Positions 11,352 through 21,430 are shown, counted from the stretch's first letter. The stretch: DNA of 64,000 nucleotides from Pseudomonadota bacterium (GCA_040387495.1 JAZKDQ010000014.1:9752-73751), one strand, 5' to 3'. The notes: generated by a model from the sequence alone, not told the origin. Numbers and translations are program-made.

Positions 11352-12605
11352 TTACTGCCACAACGCATGTAATGGTATTGCCCAAAAACCATCACCAAAA
11401 GGGACGCAGTAATTTCCGGAATACAGCACAATACCTGTAAACGGCATATCCAAAGCCATACGTTCCTTAAACCAACGTAAGTGCTTGAAATCATCATTTG
11501 ATACAACTGATCCCGGTTTTACTTCGATGCCAACCAAGGCACCTTGTTCATTTTCGACAATAAAATCAATTTCACGATTTTCGCGATCTCTGTAATGCGA
11601 GAGAATATATCGTTCTGCTTGGCAATCCAACAAAGCCGCTAATTGTGTAAAAGCAAATGTCTCTAACAACATTCCATTGCGCGCACCATCAAATTGAACG
11701 TGTTCAAACGTCCATCCCAGAAGTGCACCTATCATCCCTGTATCAGTCATGAAAAGTTTATCATGTTTACCAACCTTGTCATATGCTGTCTTGGTCCATG
11801 GCGGAACACGCTCCACTAAATACAGTGCTTCAAGTGCATTAATATATGCAGTAAGTGTTGGCCTTGTAAGTGTTAAGCTAGCACCAATACGTGTAAAATC
11901 AATAAATCGTGAAGACCAGCCAGCCATTATTGTGATCAGCTGACGCATTTCATCAATACGTTTTATATTCATTATGTCTTTCAAATCACGATGAATCATG
12001 GCATTGATATAATCTTCAAACCAATCTCGACGGTCGCGTTCTTTTTCAAATTTTAATACTTCAGGATATCCCCCTGTTAGTGCATATGAAATGTATAGAT
12101 CTTTGAAACTAAGTCTAGGCAAATAGTTAAATGTGATGTCTTGCGAAAAAGTATTGTTAAATGCACGTTGTAAAAACGCTGGCGTTAATCCTTCAATTTC
12201 ACCAATCGCCAAAGGTCTCAAACGGATATGCCGCACACGGCCAGCAAGAGACTCTTTAGCTGTTGGAATCGATTCAATATTCGCAGAGCCTGTTAACAAA
12301 AATCGACCTGGTTTAGTATTATTATCAACATCCATCTTAATTGCTTGTAACAGCAAGGGCGCTCTTTGGATTTCATCAATAATCATTAAATTATCCTCAT
12401 GTTTTACAAAACCATGAGGGTCTGTTTGTGCCGCTGACAGCAGAAGGATGTCATCTAATGTTCGGTAGAGGTGTGGGGGAGAGGCAATATCTTTTGCTAA
12501 TGTCGTTTTGCCGCATTGTCTTGATCCGGAAAGCAACAAAACACGTCGTACTTTCAACGATTCATTTATTTTGTTTACTTGCCAACGCTTATAATGTGAT
12601 GTCAT
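11352..12605 (-). CDS. AAA+ ATPase, AAA_14 + DUF4143 family
   Basis: GSRQCGKTT Walker A, IIDEIQR, FLLTGS, C-terminal EIDF...GIEVK nuclease-like motif. Confidence 0.9.
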   Translation of the reverse strand: MTSHYKRWQVNKINESLKVRRVLLLSGSRQCGKTTLAKDIASPPHLYRTLDDILLLSAAQTDPHGFVKHEDNLMIIDEIQRAPLLLQAIKMDVDNNTKPGRFLLTGSANIESIPTAKESLAGRVRHIRLRPLAIGEIEGLTPAFLQRAFNNTFSQDITFNYLPRLSFKDLYISYALTGGYPEVLKFEKERDRRDWFEDYINAMIHRDLKDIMNIKRIDEMRQLITIMAGWSSRFIDFTRIGASLTLTRPTLTAYINALEALYLVERVPPWTKTAYDKVGKHDKLFMTDTGMIGALLGWTFEHVQFDGARNGMLLETFAFTQLAALLDCQAERYILSHYRDRENREIDFIVENEQGALVGIEVKPGSVVSNDDFKHLRWFKERMALDMPFTGIVLYSGNYCVPFGDGFWAIPLHALWQ

Positions 12606-12837
12606 TTTCAGCTAAGAATTAGATTTTCTATTAAAGGAAGTATATCAAAAAAAGACGTTTTGTAAAATAGATAGTCGTCATTTTATAAAATACAATGACG
12701 CCATTCTGTAAAATTGAAGATGCTGTCGAAATAATAAATAATTCTGCAGTGCTTCTTTTGTGAATACCAAGAAGTAAAAAACTACTGACCTAGTTTTCGT
12801 AACCATGCTATCCTTGGCGCGTAACCCAAGGAATCCC

Positions 12838-13992
12838 ATGTACCGCATCGCGCTTAAAATGTTGTTTGGCGACAAAGGTAAATACGCCAGTATGATTGTG
12901 GGTATTTCCTTTTCAACGCTGATTATGACGCAGCAACCATCAATTTTGGTTGGGTTGTTGTCGCGCACGTACAGCTTTGTCCGTGATGTATCGTTGCCTG
13001 ACATCTGGGTAATGGATAATGGCGTTCAATTCGTAGAAGAAAACAAACCCATACGTGATACTGAACTTGGCCGCGTTCGTGGCATTGATGGCATAGCGTG
13101 GGCAGTGCCATTATACAAAGGACTTATGCGGGCAAAATTACCCGACGGGTCGACAAAAACACTGGATATGACCGGCATTGATGATGCGACACTCATTGCA
13201 GCACCGGCAAATATTCTTCAAGGAAGTCTCTCTGACTTTAGACGCCCTGATGCTGTATTCATTAATAAAGAAGCTGCGGATACCAAGCTTCGCGTGAAAA
13301 TTTCTGAAACCCAAACGCGCCCACTTGCTGTTGGTGATGTGATTGAAATCAACGATAAACGCGCGCAGGTCGTAGGGCTTATCAAAGCAACGCGCAATTT
13401 TGTTTTGCAACCACAAGCTTACACAACATATTCAAGGGCTGTGTCTTATTCAGCGCCTGGCAGACGGCATCTTACGTATATCCTTGTTAAAGTCAAAAAA
13501 GGGGAAGACCCCAAGCAAATCTGCACGCGAATTATACAAAAAACGGGTTTACGCGCACAAACAGCTGATGAATTTGCAGACGCAAATCTTGATTATTGGA
13601 TGCGAAGCACTGGTATATTAATTAATTTTGGCATCTCTGTGTTGCTAGGATTCATTGTCGGAACAGCTGTTGTGGGGCAGACATTCTTTAACTTTGTTCA
13701 GGAAAACATCAAACATTACGCCGTGCTTAAAGCCATGGGGCTGCGAAATCGCGTTTTAGCGAAAATGGTTATGTTACAAGCATGTGTTGTTGGCATCATC
13801 GGATACGGTATTGGTGTTGGGCTTGCTAGCCTGTTTGCCCTGAAATTCCAGGATTCTGTGCTGGCCGTTCGCATGCCGCCTATCCTTTTGCTTTTCTCTG
13901 GTTTAGGTGTTTTGTTAATTATTTTGACAGCAGCAATTATCAGTATTAGACGCGTAATTCGGGTTGACCCGGCGCTTGTGTTTAGGGGCTAA
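12838..13992 (+). CDS. ABC exporter permease (MacB/FtsX/DevC-like)
   Basis: TM1, periplasmic domain and 3 C-terminal TMs, YAVLKAMG, RVDPALVFRG. The ATG at 12838 follows AAGGA (track start 12805). Confidence 0.92.
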   Translation: MYRIALKMLFGDKGKYASMIVGISFSTLIMTQQPSILVGLLSRTYSFVRDVSLPDIWVMDNGVQFVEENKPIRDTELGRVRGIDGIAWAVPLYKGLMRAKLPDGSTKTLDMTGIDDATLIAAPANILQGSLSDFRRPDAVFINKEAADTKLRVKISETQTRPLAVGDVIEINDKRAQVVGLIKATRNFVLQPQAYTTYSRAVSYSAPGRRHLTYILVKVKKGEDPKQICTRIIQKTGLRAQTADEFADANLDYWMRSTGILINFGISVLLGFIVGTAVVGQTFFNFVQENIKHYAVLKAMGLRNRVLAKMVMLQACVVGIIGYGIGVGLASLFALKFQDSVLAVRMPPILLLFSGLGVLLIILTAAIISIRRVIRVDPALVFRG

Positions 13993-13994
13993 CT

Positions 13995-14708
13995 ATGAAA
14001 ACTACAAAAGCGCTAAAAACCAGCAACGCAACGTTTGCTGTATCATGCAAAGGAATTAGTAAAGCTTTTATCACGAAAGATGTCGAAGTCACTGCCCTTC
14101 ATAAGGTTGATTTGGATATTAAAACGGGTGAATTCATGATGCTGGTCGGGCCATCGGGGTGCGGTAAAACGACGTTGATTTCAATTATTGCCGGTATTTT
14201 AAAGCCCAGTACAGGTACATGCATTGTTGAGGGCGCGGATCTAAATGCCTTAACAGACACTGAACTGCTTGATTTCAGGGCTAAAAAGATTGGATTTATT
14301 TTTCAATCGTTTAACCTTATTCCGACACTCAGCTTGCTTGAAAACATTGCGATTCCGCTGATCATAAATGGCGCCTTGCGGGATGAAGCCACGACACGCG
14401 CCGAAGTAATGCTGGCTAAAATGGAGCTTGGTGCAAAGGCGGATCGATCGCCAACACAATTATCGGGCGGTGAACAACAACGCATTGCCATCGCACGCGC
14501 CCTTGTGCATCAGCCATCCTTGCTGATTTGTGACGAACCCACCAGTGCCCTGGATCATGCAACGGGCACAACGATTTTAGAGCTGATGAAAGACATCAGT
14601 CGCGAGATGAAAACTACTTTTGTCATCGTCACGCATGATGCCCGTATTTTCAAATATGCCGATCGCATCGCCCATATGAATGATGGCGTTGTGACGCATG
14701 TTGAGTGA
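13995..14708 (+). CDS. ABC transporter ATP-binding protein (LolD/DevA-like)
   Basis: GPSGCGKTT, LSGGEQQR, DEPT, VTHD. Confidence 0.96.
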   Translation: MKTTKALKTSNATFAVSCKGISKAFITKDVEVTALHKVDLDIKTGEFMMLVGPSGCGKTTLISIIAGILKPSTGTCIVEGADLNALTDTELLDFRAKKIGFIFQSFNLIPTLSLLENIAIPLIINGALRDEATTRAEVMLAKMELGAKADRSPTQLSGGEQQRIAIARALVHQPSLLICDEPTSALDHATGTTILELMKDISREMKTTFVIVTHDARIFKYADRIAHMNDGVVTHVE

Positions 14709-14746
14709 AATAGCCAATCATCTTCTTCAAATTACCCACCCATTTT

Positions 14747-17700
14747 TCAGGAAAATTTACCACGCACTGGTAATATTTCACCAGTGTCCAATAAATGTTG
14801 TACGTAGGTTCTTACTTGTCTAAACTCGCATTCTACACCTTTTGAAGTGGCAATATCTGTTAATGGCATGCCTTTAATTCTAAGATTTTTAATGTTGGAC
14901 TTTTGTTTATCTGAAAGTGGGGGTAAAGGAGCATTAATTCGACGCTCAATGTTTCCTTCTTGGATATTTTTAGAACAAAAACTACGAATTTGTCCTAGGC
15001 TGAATTTTCTGTCCTTATACTTTGTTTCTAATACCTGAAGAATTTGTGCTGATAACATGCCTTTCTCTCGACATTCTATAATCGTTTCTTTGTGCGTCTC
15101 CTCGAGAGGTCCTGATGTGGATGAAGGAGCCTGTTTTGAAAGAATTTGACCAGATTCAATTAATTCAGTTACATACGATCTGACTTGTGTAGAACTGCAT
15201 TCTACACCTTTTGAATTGGCAATATCTGTATTTGACAGGCCATTAATTCTAAGTTCTTTAATTTTGTCTTTTTGTTTATCTGAAAGTGGAGTAAAAGCTG
15301 CAACTTGACGCTCAACAGTTCCCTCTTGGATGCTTTTAGAGCAAAACACGTTAACTTGACCAATGCTGAATTTTCTGTCCTTAAACTTTGTTTCTAATTC
15401 TTGAAGAATTTGTGCGTATGACATGTCTTTCTTTCGGCATTCTACAATCGTTTTTTCGTGAGCTTTCTCGAGAGGTCCTGATGTAGATGAGGGAGCATTT
15501 TTAGGAAGAATTTCACCAAGTTTAATTAATTTGCTTACATACGCTTTAATTAAGTTGAGGGTGTACCCTGTGCTTTCTTGAATGTCACCTTTTGTCATTT
15601 TAGGATTTTCTAGTTTAAGCCTTTTAATTTCTGCAAATTTTTCTGGGAATTCAGGAACATAGGGTGCATTATTTGCATTATTCTTTGTGTCTGAACTCTT
15701 GCCCTTTCGAGCAACAATAGGTTTAGCACCTTTTCGTTGTTGGGGGGCAGCAGAATTAGCTCGTGCCTTTTTTACAGGTTTTTTAGCACTTAATTCATCA
15801 TCTGAATCTTCCTCTAAACTATCGTTAGTTATTGAGCGATCAACTAATTTCTTATCTGCCTCTTCATCAGATAGTCCCTCCCATAAAGAACCAACTGACG
15901 ACTCATTATGCGATGAGCTGCTGCCAGAATCATTTGAATCTTCGCTATCGGATGACTGTGAATCATCGCTGTTCTCTTCTGCTATATCTGAATCATCACT
16001 GTCTTTTTCTGCATAGCTAACAGGTTTTGCCGCGGCTTTTCTATGCACAAAGCTATCATTCGAGGAGGCTGGTTTACCCCTTTTCAAATCACGCGTTGTT
16101 TTAGACATTGTTGAGCTAGAGCTCGCCGGCACTGCATTATCATTTTCCTCATCATCAACAGCTGCTATCTTTCTTTTTTTCTGAGATGAGGCATTTGTAG
16201 CTGCAGAGAGTGTGTCAGATCTGCCGAATGGCATCATGTCAAGGGCAGAAGTAGAATGTGAGGCTGGCTTGCGTATAGTTGACGTTTGACTGCCGGTTTT
16301 TGCATGTGGAGTCTTTGTTTGCTTAACCTGTGTATCAGAGGCGTTGTGTGTCGTTGATTTCACAATTTCAGGTGTTTTGGTTGTTGTTAATTTTGATGCT
16401 GTTGATTTAGATGCAACGACATTACGTGACAGCAGAGCAGTCTCATCATTATCTGAATCTGAGTCTGAGTCTGAGTCTGAGTCTGAGTCTGAGTCTGAGT
16501 CTACGCCACGCTCGAGTATTATTTCTCGCTTTCCGATTGGCTTTTGTCGTTCTGTCGGAATTGTTTGTTTTGCTACAGTTGAGATGCTTTTCACCGATGC
16601 TTTGTCCGCATCTTTTAATTTTATGTTCTTATCTTTTACTTTGGTTAATTCTGTTTGCTTAGAGTTATTTTTCTTAACTGCTGAGCCGCCTTTACCAACT
16701 GCTAGTTGGAGTCTTGATTTTGGGGCCTTAGGATTATTTACTATTGCCCTATTATTCACACCCTCTTCCTCAACAGAAGAATTTATATTCTTTCCACCTA
16801 TGGTTAGTGTGCTCGCGGATGTTTGTTTTGAAGCAGATGAACTGCCCATAAATGGTACAGAACTATTATTTGCTGCGTTACCGCTATGTGCTGCTTTCTT
16901 CTTTTTTGTTATGCTTGATACTGCAATTGATGTTGAAGTCTCGTCTTCATCATCTGAATCAATCACAGCCTTCCTTTTGAAAATTTTATTTCCATTTGTT
17001 GTGTTAGTTTTTTCTTGCTCTACTGGGTCTGGGTTGTGTGTGGATAAAGTGCTGTTATCATGTACTGAATCATTCTCTGGGTAGCCGTAGTCATCAGCCC
17101 CCCCTCCTTGATCACCATAATCATCATATGTTAGCGGTGAGAGAGTAGCCTGAACTGCAGGGCTGGCTACAGCTGATGCTGCTTCCTGAGAGCTACTTGC
17201 TCCGCTTGAGGCAATTTCTTTGCTATGCGTTTTTATTTCTTCGAGTGCCCTCCAGAAAACAGCATTTATTTTGCTTAGTGAGTTTGTATTCTTTGGTTCA
17301 TTTATAATTTTGGCTGACTCTAAATCAATGTCTAACAGTAGCTCAAAGGAGTCTTTATTTATTTGTTCAATAACGCTATCTTTTTTTGATTCAAATTCTA
17401 GACCTACATTTTTTTCGAGTATTATTTTTTTTAATACATATTGAAGGACTGAGTTTATTTTTTCAGAAGGGGCCTTCTCGTTTTCTATTATTTCATAGAA
17501 ATCAGAAGTAAAATTATTGAATATTTCACTTGTTGTTAAGCTGCATTCTGTTATTTCTTTTTGTGCCTCTGTAAAAATAGTGTTTAGCTTGTTAAGCAAA
17601 TTCTCGGTGCTTTGCTCGTTTATTAACTTGACCACTTTTAACTTAAGACTTATCAATGATTTTGAAAATTTTTTCTCAAGAATTTCATTTTTGAGTAATT

Positions 17701-20026
17701 CAAAGTCTTGCCCCACATTTGTTTCGTGCATTATTTTTTTTAATACGTCTTGAAGGACTGAGATTATCTTCTCAAAAGAGGTGTTTGATTTCTTTATTAT
17801 TTCATTGAATGCTGAAATAAAACTCACTAATACTTGATTTGTATTCTTTTTCATTTCCTCAAGTGTTTTTGTTGTGGATGTGGCTAAAACTTGTGTTTCC
17901 AACGCAGGTTCTTCTTCAGGCACTATTGTTACTTGTGTCACTGGAGCCGCTAAACTATGTGCAACAGAAACATTGATATTATCTGCATGACCAGCCGTGC
18001 TTGTTTCAACTGCAGTAACCTGCTCTTTTTCCTGAGTTTCCTCACGGGTCAAGGACGGCTCATCATTCGTCACTATTTGTGCGCTAGGTGCAAGGTCTGG
18101 CTGTGGTGCAATGCCTGGCTCGAATGATAGAGAAGAAGAATCTACGTTTACGGGAATCGCCGCTTCACCAGGTTCGCTTTGCACAGCAACTGACCTGGCA
18201 TTTTGATCCCCATGCGCTTTATCAAGTATCCGTGGCATACTTTCCTTCACATATTTTTCGAAAATTTCATATAAATCAGCAATATTAGTTGTGAATTTTA
18301 ATCCTAATTGTTCTATAATTTCTGGCGTTTCTAAAACAGCACTTATTGTTTCAACGGCAACCTCTGGCTCTTTCTGGGGTTCATCATGTGCTGGGTCTGC
18401 TGATAAAAGTAAAGAAGAAGTGTTTGCTTGAACTTGGGGCGCCTCAACTAAGTGAAGAGGTTCTTGTTCATCACTGATTGTTTCCAAATCTTTGTTTATA
18501 GGTAATGGTGCATCGCCTGTTAATTCTGCTTCTTCGCCTGTTATTGTTGCAAGTTCTTTTAAACTACTTGAACTACTTGAGCTAATTGAACTACTTGAAC
18601 TACTTGAGCTATGTTCAGAAGGCAATAAAGCACCATTCAAAGCTGCAACTATATTTATTTTTTTCTGTAATGGTTTTGTCGCAATTCCATTAGATGCTTT
18701 ACTGTTATTTTTGGTATTACCTGTATAGTTAACGGGATTTTTCGTACATGATCTAGGCGCACATATAATATCACCCAGTCTTATATTTTCATTTTCTGAA
18801 TTATTATTTTTATCAATTTCTTTATTCTTTTCTTTTGCCTTTTTTTGTTTCGAAGCAGTTGGAACATTTTGATTTATTAATAATGAAGGATTTGAGGAGG
18901 CAACATTGTCTAAAGTTAAGAATGGTAATTTTTCCCCCGCACGCTTTGGATTGACTATAATGGCTGAAGGGAAAGAAGCAGGCGCTTTTTGAGCAACTGA
19001 TGGTAAACAATCGTTTATATTGTGAGGCAGATCAGTAAGTAAGATCTCATTCTCTGGAGAAAGTATATCACTACAAAGATCGGACAGCACTGCTTGAAAG
19101 TCCTCATCACTCTGAACATTGCCAGAATGTATGCTTGCGGCAGATGAACTCGGTACATTATTACTTTGATATGCTGTGTAATTGGAGTCAGAATATACGC
19201 TTGCGGCGGAAGAACTCGACGCATTATTGTTTTGATCTGCCGGGTAATTGGAGCCAGAATATACATTTTCGGAGGAAGAACTCAGCACATTAGTATTTGG
19301 GTATCCTGAATGATTAGGAACTATATCATCGTTATCAAATACTGAACCAACGTCTACGTCGGGGCTAAATTCTGAGCCTAAGCCTAAGCCTAAGCCTGAG
19401 TCAGCGGCTAAAAAGCTTAAGTTTAAATCAGACACGAACGACAATTTGCTTGACGAAGCATGTGAGACAGCTACATCGGGTGCCTGCTGAACACAAGCTT
19501 GCATAGCAGATGATGCGCTTATAACCTTTTTGGGTCCTTTTCTATAATGAAGAGGATTTGGGTCTTCTTTTCGAAGTTTCTGAAGAATTCCTGAAATCTT
19601 ATTTACGGTCATATGAAGTGTATCTGCAATTTTATATTTTGTGGGTTTTTCTTCGCTGTTGTATAAAGCTATGATCTGTTTGTTTACTTCTGTTCTTTCG
19701 GTTGAGTCTCGTTGAATAAGACTAGAGGATGTTTTACGAGAATGAGAGCGTGATGAATAACATGAATATACAGAATCACTATCACTCATATCATCGCCAC
19801 TGCTATTACCAGATGCATAAGAATGCCCAATGATTAAACTTAAATAACTAAACACCACCAAGGAAGATACTAATTTTTTAAAACATGTTGTTACTAACTG
19901 TAGCGCAGTCGATAGGGATGACTCACCATCCTCATTCATTATAACACCTGAAGATTTCATGCCTGCTTGTACCATTGACGCACCATTTTTTATTATTTGC
20001 ACTCTTTGCATAGGATCACAATTCAT
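14747..20026 (-). CDS. Giant low-complexity protein with N-terminal HTH-like and five C-terminal HTH-like repeats
   Basis: 1759-aa ORF; signal-like segment ending HSYA; Ser/Asp/Lys-rich middle; A-B-A-B-A C-terminal repeats with about 121-aa period. Confidence 0.8.
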   Translation of the reverse strand: MNCDPMQRVQIIKNGASMVQAGMKSSGVIMNEDGESSLSTALQLVTTCFKKLVSSLVVFSYLSLIIGHSYASGNSSGDDMSDSDSVYSCYSSRSHSRKTSSSLIQRDSTERTEVNKQIIALYNSEEKPTKYKIADTLHMTVNKISGILQKLRKEDPNPLHYRKGPKKVISASSAMQACVQQAPDVAVSHASSSKLSFVSDLNLSFLAADSGLGLGLGSEFSPDVDVGSVFDNDDIVPNHSGYPNTNVLSSSSENVYSGSNYPADQNNNASSSSAASVYSDSNYTAYQSNNVPSSSAASIHSGNVQSDEDFQAVLSDLCSDILSPENEILLTDLPHNINDCLPSVAQKAPASFPSAIIVNPKRAGEKLPFLTLDNVASSNPSLLINQNVPTASKQKKAKEKNKEIDKNNNSENENIRLGDIICAPRSCTKNPVNYTGNTKNNSKASNGIATKPLQKKINIVAALNGALLPSEHSSSSSSSSISSSSSSSLKELATITGEEAELTGDAPLPINKDLETISDEQEPLHLVEAPQVQANTSSLLLSADPAHDEPQKEPEVAVETISAVLETPEIIEQLGLKFTTNIADLYEIFEKYVKESMPRILDKAHGDQNARSVAVQSEPGEAAIPVNVDSSSLSFEPGIAPQPDLAPSAQIVTNDEPSLTREETQEKEQVTAVETSTAGHADNINVSVAHSLAAPVTQVTIVPEEEPALETQVLATSTTKTLEEMKKNTNQVLVSFISAFNEIIKKSNTSFEKIISVLQDVLKKIMHETNVGQDFELLKNEILEKKFSKSLISLKLKVVKLINEQSTENLLNKLNTIFTEAQKEITECSLTTSEIFNNFTSDFYEIIENEKAPSEKINSVLQYVLKKIILEKNVGLEFESKKDSVIEQINKDSFELLLDIDLESAKIINEPKNTNSLSKINAVFWRALEEIKTHSKEIASSGASSSQEAASAVASPAVQATLSPLTYDDYGDQGGGADDYGYPENDSVHDNSTLSTHNPDPVEQEKTNTTNGNKIFKRKAVIDSDDEDETSTSIAVSSITKKKKAAHSGNAANNSSVPFMGSSSASKQTSASTLTIGGKNINSSVEEEGVNNRAIVNNPKAPKSRLQLAVGKGGSAVKKNNSKQTELTKVKDKNIKLKDADKASVKSISTVAKQTIPTERQKPIGKREIILERGVDSDSDSDSDSDSDSDSDNDETALLSRNVVASKSTASKLTTTKTPEIVKSTTHNASDTQVKQTKTPHAKTGSQTSTIRKPASHSTSALDMMPFGRSDTLSAATNASSQKKRKIAAVDDEENDNAVPASSSSTMSKTTRDLKRGKPASSNDSFVHRKAAAKPVSYAEKDSDDSDIAEENSDDSQSSDSEDSNDSGSSSSHNESSVGSLWEGLSDEEADKKLVDRSITNDSLEEDSDDELSAKKPVKKARANSAAPQQRKGAKPIVARKGKSSDTKNNANNAPYVPEFPEKFAEIKRLKLENPKMTKGDIQESTGYTLNLIKAYVSKLIKLGEILPKNAPSSTSGPLEKAHEKTIVECRKKDMSYAQILQELETKFKDRKFSIGQVNVFCSKSIQEGTVERQVAAFTPLSDKQKDKIKELRINGLSNTDIANSKGVECSSTQVRSYVTELIESGQILSKQAPSSTSGPLEETHKETIIECREKGMLSAQILQVLETKYKDRKFSLGQIRSFCSKNIQEGNIERRINAPLPPLSDKQKSNIKNLRIKGMPLTDIATSKGVECEFRQVRTYVQHLLDTGEILPVRGKFS
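16458..16502. repeat. (TCTGAG)7 in-frame microsatellite encoding poly-(DS)
   Basis: Directly visible tandem hexamer. Confidence 0.95.
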
Positions 20027-20270
20027 CGTTAATATATAAACATAAAGTTATAATATTATAGATATAGACATTCGCATGCTGTTTTTCAATAGATAATTAA
20101 AAATTATTTTCCATTTATCTTATAGATTATTGTATAAATTTAGACAAATCACCTATATTCGCAATAATACTTAGGTGTCAATTCTATTTGGTGAACGAAA
20201 TCCAATGATTAGCTGTCTAAATGCATGATATAGGTGATGACACATACAGGAAAATAAGAAATAATAAGCA

Positions 20271-21296
20271 ATGCACAACAGGAATAAAACAATGAAATAT
20301 CTCAAGCATCTTGAGCGACACATAAAAACAATAGTAAGCATTGCTAAAACAGCCTTGTTTCTTGCCCGAAGAAATATTCTGGCAACGTGTGGAGTCTTAG
20401 GGCTTTTTATGGCAATTATTGTTAGTTTTTCAAAAGGAAAACTGCCGGAAATCCCCGCAAATCAAATGAGTCTACCAGCGTCATCACCCTTTAAACATGC
20501 TATTTCTGGTATCGGTTTTGTCGAAGCAAATTCAGGGAACATCAGTGTAGGATCATTCACATCCGGCATTGTACAAAAAGTATATGTCCAAGAAGGTGAT
20601 GTGGTTGAAGTAAATGCGCCCTTGTTTGAGCTGGACACCCGGTCCGCACGCTTACAAGTTGCCATTGATGAACACGAAATTAAGGCGTTTGAGCAATGCG
20701 TGGAGGCTGCAAAAGCAACCTTTGGGTATGCAGAAGATTTGTATAACCGGGACAAGAAACTAAAAGATGGTGTCAAAAGCCGTAGTGACCTCAAAAAGGT
20801 CGAGTTTGACTTTCAAAAGACTTTGGCTGATCTTAATACCCAAAAAGTAAAACTAGAGCAAGCACGCACCAAACATGCACTCTCACGTGTTGCACTTGAT
20901 AAGCTTATCGTGAAAGCACCTGTGGCTGGCCTTATTTTAAAAACGCACGTGAATGTGGGTGAATATATTAAAGAAAACACGCAAACCCCAATCATTACCA
21001 TGGGCAACCACAAACCGCTGCACCTGCGTGTTCAAATTGATGAAAATGACGTATGGCGCTATGAACATAGAGCAAAGGCAGCTGGATACCTTCGCAGTAA
21101 TAGTGCCACCGTGTATCCATTGACGTGTGTACGGTTTGAACCATACGCAATGCCAAAAAATCAACTAAGCGGCGATAGTAAAGAACTAGTCGATACACGC
21201 ATCATTGAAATTGTGTACAAGATTGAAGATGCAAAGGACGAGGTGATCATTGGGCAGCAAATGGATGTGTTTATTGAAACATCGAAGATGGGGTGA
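20271..21296 (+). CDS. HlyD-family membrane fusion (periplasmic adaptor) protein
   Basis: N-terminal TM, GIVQKVYVQEGDVVE lipoyl half, coiled coil, VKAPVAGLI, IGQQMDVFI. Confidence 0.92.
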   Translation: MHNRNKTMKYLKHLERHIKTIVSIAKTALFLARRNILATCGVLGLFMAIIVSFSKGKLPEIPANQMSLPASSPFKHAISGIGFVEANSGNISVGSFTSGIVQKVYVQEGDVVEVNAPLFELDTRSARLQVAIDEHEIKAFEQCVEAAKATFGYAEDLYNRDKKLKDGVKSRSDLKKVEFDFQKTLADLNTQKVKLEQARTKHALSRVALDKLIVKAPVAGLILKTHVNVGEYIKENTQTPIITMGNHKPLHLRVQIDENDVWRYEHRAKAAGYLRSNSATVYPLTCVRFEPYAMPKNQLSGDSKELVDTRIIEIVYKIEDAKDEVIIGQQMDVFIETSKMG

Positions 21297-21337
21297 GGGG
21301 GGAGCCTGTTGTATTCCTCTCCGTTTTTTCCTTCTCA

Positions 21338-21425
21338 ATTTTCTTCCGACTTGATCGGAGGATTCACCTTTAATCATGACATGTGCTTAAGCATAGACCC
21401 TTGAATCACGTCCGAGGGAAACTCT
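21338..21425. repeat. Bipartite palindromic element (family X)
   Basis: ttttcttccgacttgatcggaggatt ... gacccttgaatcacgtccgagggaaa, between convergent genes. Confidence 0.6.
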
Positions 21426-21430
21426 ATCCA

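Noticed and set aside
11098-11412. 104-aa ORF as an independent gene
   Set aside because: It is the stranded permease 5' fragment reading into the antisense end of the ATPase gene.
12805-21296. Type I secretion system exporting the 1759-aa protein
   Set aside because: The transporter is a split MacB/DevAC type rather than HlyB. The large gene is antisense, has an N-terminal signal-like segment and lacks RTX repeats.
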